DNA of 5,887 bases, taken from positions 1-5,887 of IMG/VR virus record IMGVR_UViG_3300029609_000116, one strand, 5' to 3'. Shown piece by piece: positions 1 through 5,197 of this stretch. Made by a program: the position numbers and the translations under genes. The notes below the pieces were generated by a model, which was not told the origin of the DNA, made no database searches, and saw nothing but the letters and a program-made list of their open reading frames with translations. The stretch comes from a virus. Within the stretch, counting starts at the first letter, position 1. Every line of letters begins with the position of its first letter.

Positions 1-594
1 CTTCCCCTCGCTTTCGGCGTATCCTTGGCCTATTCCTTTTGAGGTCCACACCTTGGTGACGAAGTCCGGGTGTTTTTCGTCGATTTTGAATATGTATTTT
101 ATGATGTAATTTACGGTCTTCTCATTCACAAACTCTCCGTAGTCTACAAATCCGTAATTCCATACCTCTTCCACTTCTTCTTTGCTTTTCTCCGTCCACA
201 ATATTCCGTGTAAATGCATTCTTTGCGAGTCGTTTCCGCCTAATTCGCATATCAAAAAATGTTTTATGCCGCACTTGTATTTTTTGTACCACCGTTTCCT
301 GAATAATTCGATGCTTCGACTTGCTACGTTCAAGGCTTCTTCTTGCTCGAATTTTAATAGTGATTCGTCACTGTACGTCATTGTCACGAAGTGTGCGTTT
401 TCGGGATGATTTTTCAATTCGATCATCAGTCTCACTCGCCACTCGTTTGCTCGTTTTTTTCGACACTCGATGCATTTTCCGCATCCGATTGCTACAACCT
501 TTTTTCTCTCGTCGTCGCAATACGGCGTATGTCCGCCGTTTTTCTTGTTCGGCAGATACCTCTTGTTTCTTATTAATCTGGGATATAAACACAT
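1..594 (-). CDS. Replication initiator protein (microvirus VP4 / protein-A-like), N-terminal 165 codons; the ORF continues in frame across the circular junction into 5887..5450
   Basis: Minus-strand ATG at 594-592, then an open frame down to base 100. Because 1-99 = 5789-5887, the same frame runs on through 5887..5450 (checked codon by codon; the ORF track shows only the distal part from an internal GTG). The translation begins MCLYPRLIRNKRYLPNKKNGGHTPYCDDERKKVVAIGCGKCIECRKKRANEW, a Cys cluster typical of microvirus Rep N-termini. FVTMTY at 373-390 resembles rolling-circle motif I. RMHLHGILW at 196-222 is an HxH motif II. NYIIKYIFK carries a YxxKY paired-tyrosine motif III that straddles the repeat boundary (Y at 106-108, K at 97-99, Y at 94-96 = 5882-5884). 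The in-frame TAA at 742-744 is the VP2 stop, so 594 is the first ATG of the frame. Bases 1-99 are a redundant copy of 5789-5887. Confidence 0.88.
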   Translation of the reverse strand, partial: MCLYPRLIRNKRYLPNKKNGGHTPYCDDERKKVVAIGCGKCIECRKKRANEWRVRLMIELKNHPENAHFVTMTYSDESLLKFEQEEALNVASRSIELFRKRWYKKYKCGIKHFLICELGGNDSQRMHLHGILWTEKSKEEVEEVWNYGFVDYGEFVNEKTVNYIIKYIFKIDEKHPDFVTKVWTSKGIGQGYAESEGK

Positions 595-617
595 GTCGAA
601 GACACCATTAATCGGTC

Positions 618-669
618 GGAGCACGGCGGAGGCCGATATAGGCCGGCCGTAAGGCTGATAGGCCGTATG
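618..669. promoter_or_regulatory. GC-rich palindrome / direct-repeat cluster in the VP2-Rep intergenic spacer (candidate origin or Rep control region)
   Basis: cggaggccgatataggccggccgtaaggctgataggccgtatg contains the 8-bp palindrome GGCCGGCC (641-648) and the potential hairpins GGCC-gatata-GGCC and CGGCC-(12 nt)-GGCCG (644-648 / 661-665). The direct repeat ATAGGCCG occurs at 638-645 and 658-665 (20-nt spacing). The region is sharply more GC-rich than its flanks. It lies between the VP2 terminator and the Rep ATG (594). Confidence 0.4.
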
Positions 670-713
670 AAAAACCTTAATAAAAAGGAGGATTGGGCTT
701 GCCCTTTCCTCCT
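670..713 (-). terminator. Intrinsic (rho-independent-type) terminator immediately downstream of VP2
   Basis: On the minus strand, 29 nt after the VP2 TAA, the sequence reads AGGAGGA-aa-GGGC-aa-GCCC-aa-TCCTCCT (686-713 on plus: aggaggattgggcttgccctttcctcct). That gives a 7-bp outer stem plus a 3-4-bp inner G/C stem. It is followed directly by TTTTATTAAGGTTTTT (revcomp of 670-685). Confidence 0.6.
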
Positions 714-741
714 CGTATAAGACTTTTTCGGAAATTTCGTA

Positions 742-1818
742 TTATTTCGTTAGCCCTCTTGCGCCCGCTGCGGCGCCTACGGTAACTCCGATTGCTTTCA
801 GTATCCGTTCTCCCAGATCCATCCAGAACTTCGGAGTCTTCTCTATCCCGTACTCATATTGCGTTGTCAGCTCCCTCCACGCTTGTTGCGCTCGATTTGT
901 TGCCGCATTTTCGATGGCGGCTAATCCGGAGTTTTTTGCGGCTTCGGCCTGTATTAAGTTGCTTACTGCTTCGATGAATAGATACTTTTTCCGTTCCGTA
1001 TTTAATTCGGCCAAGGCCTTTGAATTTTCACTTTGACCTTTTGCCGCCTCCGATTCCGATAGAGTCTTTATGATCTCTGCCGAATCTTTTCTGGTCGGGA
1101 GTCTTGTCGAGTCGATTCGATGATCTCCGTAGAAATCGTCGTAAACCTCGACGCCCCACCGATCGTTGTCCTCAATGGCCATATCCTCGAACATTTTCCG
1201 TACATTGTCGATGTACTGACTTTTCCCTCGTTGGAATATTTCCTTCACTCTGCCTTCTCTCATCTCTCGCTCCGTTTGAGCTTCCTCGGCCGTCTTTGAC
1301 GCTGACGCCTTGTTTTGTTCGGCCTGACTGTCCAGTACCTCTCCTTGTTTTTTCAGGTTCGCTAAATTCAATCCCAGTTCGATCTGACTGGCTCGCGTAG
1401 CCCATTGCTTGGCCGGCGAATCCGCCTCTCCCGCATTAGCCCCGTGAGCTTGCGCCATAGGACCCTGAGTCATGAATCCGCTGCCTCCTCCGGAGCCGCT
1501 TCCGCCATACATAAGCCCGACTGAAAGTCCGGCTTCTTCCATTTGTTTCCGCATGGCTGCATAGGATTGGTCTTTGTAAGATCTTTCGTATGCCTCCATT
1601 TGCCTTTTAAACGCGTTTTCCGCCGCTTTTTCGCCCCAACGGTAGTTGGACTCGTTCGCAGCCTCGTTTAGCTTAATTTGGTTCTCTAATTGTCTTTTGG
1701 CTCGTTTCCTGTTTCCGATTCCGAATAATCCGAGGATGCCGCCTCCGGCGCTCGCAATTTGACCCGCGGATTGAGCGCCCGCACTTATACCGCCCAGTGT
1801 TGATAAGAGTGCTCCCAT
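742..1818 (-). CDS. Minor capsid / DNA pilot protein (microvirus VP2, phiX174 H-like), 358 aa
   Basis: ORF of 358 aa. The N-terminus MGALLSTLGGISAGAQSAGQIASAGGGILGLFGIGNRKRAKR is Gly/Ala-rich and hydrophobic. It is followed by long Q/A/E/K-rich predicted helical (coiled-coil-like) segments and a second Gly run (GGSGSGGGSG). This is the usual architecture of microvirus pilot proteins. It sits downstream of VP1 as expected. The A-rich leader ...aaaaaaaagtgaaaaATG has no strong SD. Confidence 0.8.
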   Translation of the reverse strand: MGALLSTLGGISAGAQSAGQIASAGGGILGLFGIGNRKRAKRQLENQIKLNEAANESNYRWGEKAAENAFKRQMEAYERSYKDQSYAAMRKQMEEAGLSVGLMYGGSGSGGGSGFMTQGPMAQAHGANAGEADSPAKQWATRASQIELGLNLANLKKQGEVLDSQAEQNKASASKTAEEAQTEREMREGRVKEIFQRGKSQYIDNVRKMFEDMAIEDNDRWGVEVYDDFYGDHRIDSTRLPTRKDSAEIIKTLSESEAAKGQSENSKALAELNTERKKYLFIEAVSNLIQAEAAKNSGLAAIENAATNRAQQAWRELTTQYEYGIEKTPKFWMDLGERILKAIGVTVGAAAGARGLTK

Positions 1819-1825
1819 TTTTCAC

Positions 1826-1842
1826 TTTTTTTTAAAAAAAAA
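1826..1842. promoter_or_regulatory. Self-complementary T8A9 tract in the AT-rich leader upstream of VP2
   Basis: ttttttttaaaaaaaaa lies 8 nt upstream of the VP2 ATG in minus sense. It is embedded in a 60-nt AT-rich stretch (1819-1880) that includes atatatgtataat. This is a likely VP2 promoter / leader region. The sequence would bend strongly and melts easily. Confidence 0.3.
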
Positions 1843-1884
1843 TCAAGATACATTCTTGTTATATATGTATAATCGTCTACCGCA

Positions 1885-1926
1885 GTGAACTTCTGTAAGT
1901 TACCCCCCGCTAGGCGGGGGGTTCAC
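1885..1926. other. Nested stem-loop with a perfect all-G/C 8-bp stem, in the ORF108-VP2 intergenic spacer
   Basis: ccccccgc (1903-1910) / tag / gcgggggg (1914-1921) is a perfect inverted repeat. It is flanked by gtgaa (1885-1889) ... ttcac (1922-1926), which is also an inverted repeat, with an asymmetric internal loop ttctgtaagtta. On the minus (mRNA-sense) strand no U-tract follows it, so it is not a canonical intrinsic terminator. Confidence 0.6.
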
Positions 1927-1953
1927 TCATGACGATTTACGAAGGCCATTGCC

Positions 1954-2280
1954 CTATTTGTCCGGATCGACCTTGTTCTCGATTTCGGACAATTCTTGAG
2001 CCTTTTCGACAGGCTTCAAGACATCCATCCTCTGAGCCTCTTTGGCCATTTCGCTTTCTTGGACTTTCGACATCGCCTCTCTTGCTATTTCGAATCTGTC
2101 CGTTCGAATGTCGAATGCCGGAAGCACTCCGTCTGTTTTCTTTGTATAGACGATGGGAATGTCTCCTGCGAGCGGTTCGTTGGTTTCCGTAACTCTCCTT
2201 AACTTAACCTCGAGGCCCTCTGCTTCGTAGGTTGCGTCGACCCTTAACGTAGGTCTGTACGTATAAATCGGCTTTCTCAT
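1954..2280 (-). CDS. Hypothetical protein, 108 aa, between VP1 and VP2; N-terminal half with mixed hydrophobic/charged character, C-terminal acidic Lys/Glu-rich tail
   Basis: Its ATG at 2280-2278 lies only 4 nt after the VP1 TAA (2287-2285): TAA-AAAA-ATG, which is tight coupling. It is on the same strand as every other gene. The protein MRKPIYTYRPTLRVDATYEAEGLEVKLRRVTETNEPLAGDIPIVYTKKTDGVLPAFDIRTDRFEIAREAMSKVQESEMAKEAQRMDVLKPVEKAQELSEIENKVDPDK has varied, protein-like composition. I see no recognisable motif. Confidence 0.55.
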   Translation of the reverse strand: MRKPIYTYRPTLRVDATYEAEGLEVKLRRVTETNEPLAGDIPIVYTKKTDGVLPAFDIRTDRFEIAREAMSKVQESEMAKEAQRMDVLKPVEKAQELSEIENKVDPDK

Positions 2281-2284
2281 TTTT

Positions 2285-4435
2285 TTACAAATTAGGAATT
2301 TCCCGGGCGCTCTTTACGCGGCGACCGATCACGTCGAATCCGATTTGTATCCAAAAATTTTTCGCGTCCAAATCGGAGTTTGCAAACGCTTTATTGAATA
2401 TTTGCGGATCGATATAGGTTGTGGCATCCTTCAGTTTCGGATCGTTAACCACTTCGTAGACCCTATTGAAGGCCATATACTCTAACGGTTCCCCTGCAGC
2501 GAAATCTCCGTATGTTTCGTTGATCGTAGTAGTGTATTCCGTCCACGCCGGTTGTTTCCCTACGCTAAAGTCCGTTGTCTTGTAATTCGCGCTGATTCCC
2601 CATGCTCGACCGTTCATTTCCTGAGATAAGAGCTCTTGAAATCCGATCTGATCGAGATTAGGTTTGTGGAAATCGTTCATCGTTTGGATTCTTGTCCACC
2701 ATTTGTTGCCTTGCGAGTAGTCTACTCTTGGTACGATTGATCCGAGAATCATGATCAGCGACGGTTCTTCGCAGCGGATTTTAATATTCTTCCCTCCTCT
2801 TTTCGATGTCTCGCGGCCTCTTCCTGCGAGTGATCCGAGTGGTTCCTGTCCGGTGTTTCCGCTTTCGAAGGCTGCCGTACTGACAACCTCGTCGAATACG
2901 ATTTCCGATGCATAACCTCCGACATATATCGGGCTCTCTGCAGCGCGACTCACTCGGACTCCGAACACCGCCTCCTGCCAATCCCTGTATGAACCGCCCG
3001 ATACGGCGATCCGATTAAGCATGTCGTAGACTTTTTTCTGCAAGATAAGCGCATCCATGGTGAGCACTCCGCTTGTCACGTCGACCGAGGTTATTTCGTT
3101 GATGCCGTTCGTTCCGTCTATCCACTCGGTATTCAGCCAATTGTTGAAACGGTCGGATAGGTACGTCCGGATTCCCAATCCGCACTGAGATGTGGTTCTC
3201 CCGTAGATCTGGACTCCGCTTTGAGTCTTGAGTGTATCGTACAGCGGAGCCAAGAACGGGTATTTTGTCGCACTCGCAGTGGAACTCGGTAGTATGAACT
3301 CTTCTTGTGACGGTGTCGCTAGAATTTCTTCTTTGAGATTGTCTATCGTGTTCAGATCGAATTTTTGCAGCTGAATGTCGTTTTTCGTGTTGAAACCGGT
3401 GATTTTATCGATTTCTTTGTTTTCATCGATAATTACTGGAGTTTTACCTGCCGTGCTTGGTATGGCATATTGATTCGCCGGAATACTGAATGTGAATCTT
3501 ACGGTCTTTCTATTGACTTGGCTGATCTCGTTTGCTTTTGAGAGTTCTCTGCTTAGAGGAGTTGCCGTACTGTTGATGGCCGGCAGTTTGAGATAGACGT
3601 TCTTGCCGATCTTTTCGGCATCTGCCGCCCCTGAGAATTGAATTTGGACGGATAGGCTTGTGCCCGTAATGGGTATTTTCTCGGTAACATTGAGTACTGT
3701 GCCCTGATTTGAGATCGGGTTTTGCGCCGACGCGTTGTAGATGATCACTCCGTTGCTCAATTTCGGACTGGGCCCGATAACGAATCCGATTTCTTCTTGT
3801 TTGTTGGCGTAATAGTTTTTATAGATGTCCCAGTATGCCAATTCGAAGAGAGCCTGCCTTTTGATATGCAGTTCGGCATTGGTCGCGTTGATAGGTAGTC
3901 CTCTTTTCCCGAGATATGCGGGAAGTGAAGACGGATTGTAGTTATTTGCGTTTTTGATGAGATACTCGTCGATTTTTTCATTCCCGACATAACTTTCCCT
4001 AGTTACCGGTTCCCATAGTTTCGGCAGCTTGATATTGGCCATTTTCAGTCCTACGCCCAGCGCATTGTTGTGAAGCGCCGACATGTATAGTCGTATGGGC
4101 ACGCAGAATACGTCCACTTGGAATTTTGCCGATCCGAATATCGGTCCGTTGGTAGGTAATGTTCGAATGATCGATTCGATCTCGTTGATGTAGAATGTGT
4201 CGCCTGTCAGTCCTATTTCGCAGTAGTAAGGTACGACTGTTGCGAAAGATTGATCGGTTCTTACGATTTTCGACAGGTTATTTGAACTTCGGCCGAAATT
4301 TTCGAGTTCCACGGCCATTTTTTTTCCGGCGCCCAGTCGTTCGCCTCCGAGGGTCTTTTTCATTTCTTTTCGCTTTTTTGTTTTTTGATGATATGTGTTG
4401 TGATTAACGATACTGTAACCAATAGGTCGTTCCAT
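2285..4435 (-). CDS. Major capsid protein (microvirus VP1 / phiX174 F-like); 716 aa from the first ATG, probable true start at ATG 4363 (692 aa)
   Basis: The long minus ORF contains the conserved microvirus MCP N-terminal block ...FGRSSNNLSKIVRTDQSFATVVPYYCEIGLTGDTFYINEIESIIRTLPTNGPIFGSAKFQVDVFCVPIRLYMSALHNNALGVGL. This corresponds to the RSxFDLS...LPGDTF...D.F.VP.R..W pattern of F/VP1 jelly-roll capsid proteins. The length is in the range of large-MCP lineages such as Alpavirinae. There are three in-frame ATGs, at 4435, 4363 and 4318. ATG 4363 overlaps the TGA of the upstream ORF as ATGA and follows an A-rich leader (caaaaaacaaaaaagcgaaaagaa), so I favour it. Confidence 0.92.
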   Translation of the reverse strand: MERPIGYSIVNHNTYHQKTKKRKEMKKTLGGERLGAGKKMAVELENFGRSSNNLSKIVRTDQSFATVVPYYCEIGLTGDTFYINEIESIIRTLPTNGPIFGSAKFQVDVFCVPIRLYMSALHNNALGVGLKMANIKLPKLWEPVTRESYVGNEKIDEYLIKNANNYNPSSLPAYLGKRGLPINATNAELHIKRQALFELAYWDIYKNYYANKQEEIGFVIGPSPKLSNGVIIYNASAQNPISNQGTVLNVTEKIPITGTSLSVQIQFSGAADAEKIGKNVYLKLPAINSTATPLSRELSKANEISQVNRKTVRFTFSIPANQYAIPSTAGKTPVIIDENKEIDKITGFNTKNDIQLQKFDLNTIDNLKEEILATPSQEEFILPSSTASATKYPFLAPLYDTLKTQSGVQIYGRTTSQCGLGIRTYLSDRFNNWLNTEWIDGTNGINEITSVDVTSGVLTMDALILQKKVYDMLNRIAVSGGSYRDWQEAVFGVRVSRAAESPIYVGGYASEIVFDEVVSTAAFESGNTGQEPLGSLAGRGRETSKRGGKNIKIRCEEPSLIMILGSIVPRVDYSQGNKWWTRIQTMNDFHKPNLDQIGFQELLSQEMNGRAWGISANYKTTDFSVGKQPAWTEYTTTINETYGDFAAGEPLEYMAFNRVYEVVNDPKLKDATTYIDPQIFNKAFANSDLDAKNFWIQIGFDVIGRRVKSAREIPNL

Positions 4436-4668
4436 GTCATATTTTCGGGTTTACAGTATTCTCTGGCTTCCTCTTTTGTCTGAAAGGTTCGGTTCGATAT
4501 GCGATTTTTCCCTACGGTCACAACGTATCCTTGTTCTTTGTTGCCGAGGATTGAAAACGGCGACTCTTCTATTCGCTCGCATTCGATGACATCCGTTTGG
4601 TCTTTCGGCGATAGTGAGATGGTTTCTCTTTTCATGTCTTCATTTTTTAATGGTTCCGACTTGTTCAT
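4360..4668 (-). CDS. Hypothetical protein, 102 aa (91 aa if started at the internal ATG 4635)
   Basis: Minus ORF MNKSEPLKNEDMKRETISLSPKDQTDVIECERIEESPFSILGNKEQGYVVTVGKNRISNRTFQTKEEAREYCKPENMTWNDLLVTVSLITTHIIKKQKSEKK. Its TGA (4362-4360) overlaps the VP1 ATG 4363 as ATGA. The ATG at 4668 overlaps the preceding ORF by 29 nt. The alternative ATG at 4635 lies 4 nt after that ORF's stop. It belongs to the same-strand tiled gene array. Confidence 0.5.
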   Translation of the reverse strand: MNKSEPLKNEDMKRETISLSPKDQTDVIECERIEESPFSILGNKEQGYVVTVGKNRISNRTFQTKEEAREYCKPENMTWNDLLVTVSLITTHIIKKQKSEKK

Positions 4669-4855
4669 AGGTGATTTTCGTTACAACGGTGTCTCCGTTT
4701 TTAAACGTCGACGCCGACTGACTCACGAATTGTTTGGCGTTGCAACTCGTAAGTAACACGATTGCTGTTGCACAGATGACTGCGACGATCGCAACGATCG
4801 TTTTGTTCTTCCCCCAGCCGGTTGACTGAAGGAAGTTTTCGTTTTGCTTACTCAT
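4640..4855 (-). CDS. Small predicted lipoprotein / membrane protein (about 71 aa): signal peptide with lipobox LLTSC, then a 33-aa mature peptide
   Basis: From ATG 4855-4853: MSKQNENFLQSTGWGKNKTIVAIVAVICATAIVLLTSC NAKQFVSQSASTFKNGDTVVTKITYEQVGTIKK. The N-region carries Lys residues, the h-region is 17 hydrophobic residues, and then L-T-S-C fits the [LVI][ASTVI][GAS]C lipobox. The ATG overlaps the TGA (4854-4852) of the upstream 70-aa ORF as ATGA. The ORF track extends this frame to ATG 4993 (117 aa), but the extra 46 residues (MSRFEQCRLQNRVGFHREESRPSGPNTRIHRSCDQKIRCAIKSISN) look like low-complexity off-frame translation. Confidence 0.55.
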   Translation of the reverse strand: MSKQNENFLQSTGWGKNKTIVAIVAVICATAIVLLTSCNAKQFVSQSASTFKNGDTVVTKITYEQVGTIKK

Positions 4856-5064
4856 GTTTGAAATAGATTTAATTGCACACCGTATTTTCTGATCACACGA
4901 ACGGTGTATACGTGTGTTTGGCCCTGATGGTCGACTTTCTTCTCGGTGGAAACCGACACGGTTTTGTAGACGGCATTGTTCAAATCTTGACAAGTCTGAA
5001 CTACTCCGTCTTCGTCAATTACCGTTTGCCTGTGGTAGATCGTTCTGCTCTGTGAACATTCCAT
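4852..5064 (-). CDS. Hypothetical protein, 70 aa
   Basis: Minus ORF MECSQSRTIYHRQTVIDEDGVVQTCQDLNNAVYKTVSVSTEKKVDHQGQTHVYTVRVIRKYGVQLNLFQT with a true ATG at 5064-5062. Its stop is ATGA-coupled to the lipoprotein ORF. The composition is protein-like and alternates hydrophobic and polar residues. It overlaps the preceding 60-aa ORF by 50 nt in another frame. Confidence 0.42.
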   Translation of the reverse strand: MECSQSRTIYHRQTVIDEDGVVQTCQDLNNAVYKTVSVSTEKKVDHQGQTHVYTVRVIRKYGVQLNLFQT

Positions 5065-5197
5065 GTCGCCTCATTTTTTCCAGTGTGGTTTGCTCGGCAA
5101 ATTCTATGTTCCATAGTTGTTCGAGCGTCTTCTGCTTTTCCAGTTGAATTTTGGTAAGGCGCTCCTTGAGCGCCTCACCAAGTGCTTGCTTATTCAT
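5015..5197 (-). CDS. Hypothetical protein, 60 aa, predicted helical / coiled-coil-like
   Basis: Minus ORF MNKQALGEALKERLTKIQLEKQKTLEQLWNIEFAEQTTLEKMRRHGMFTEQNDLPQANGN from ATG 5197-5195. Heptad-like spacing of L/I residues in a K/E/Q-rich background. Its start overlaps the TAA (5192-5190) of the upstream 82-aa ORF by 8 nt (ATGAATAAG), consistent with coupled translation. Confidence 0.42.
   Translation of the reverse strand: MNKQALGEALKERLTKIQLEKQKTLEQLWNIEFAEQTTLEKMRRHGMFTEQNDLPQANGN

Noticed and set aside
1-99. 99-nt direct repeat at both window ends as a possible LTR / att site / mobile-element boundary
   Set aside because: The repeat is exact and lies inside the Rep reading frame, which continues seamlessly through it. 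It is the signature of a circular sequence linearised with overlap, not a biological terminal repeat.
182-652. Plus-strand ORFs 182-409, 321-611, 391-576 and 470-652, plus the minus-strand ORF 368-592 (74 aa, Arg/Lys-rich)
   Set aside because: All lie inside the Rep coding region, either antisense or in the wrong minus frame. The Rep frame there contains motifs I and II. These are short, low-complexity, off-frame translations.
682-692. AAAAAGGAGGA on the plus strand resembling a strong Shine-Dalgarno sequence
   Set aside because: No plausible plus-strand start or ORF follows. Its reverse complement TCCTCCT and this element form the stem of the minus-strand terminator after VP2, which explains it fully.
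1104-1405. Plus ORF 1104-1400 (98 aa) and minus ORF 1172-1405 (77 aa) inside VP2
   Set aside because: Antisense or alternate frame of the well-supported VP2 gene. Pro/Arg/Ser-rich off-frame composition. No start context.
1929-2202. Plus-strand ORFs 1929-2192 and 1996-2202
   Set aside because: Antisense to ORF108, which is tightly coupled to VP1 on the coding strand. Cys/Pro/Arg-rich composition typical of antisense frames.
4195-4407. Plus ORF 4195-4407 (70 aa, F/R-rich) and minus ORF 3757-3990 (77 aa) within VP1
   Set aside because: Antisense or alternate frames of the capsid gene. Phe/Arg-rich composition, reflecting T/A-rich antisense codons.
4640-4993. 117-aa version of the lipoprotein ORF starting at ATG 4993
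   Set aside because: The extra 46 N-terminal residues are low-complexity (R/S/C/H/N-rich) and entirely overlap ORF70. The ATGA junction between ORF70 and the internal ATG 4855 explains the region better. It is kept as an alternative model in which the hydrophobic segment would be a signal-anchor TM helix.
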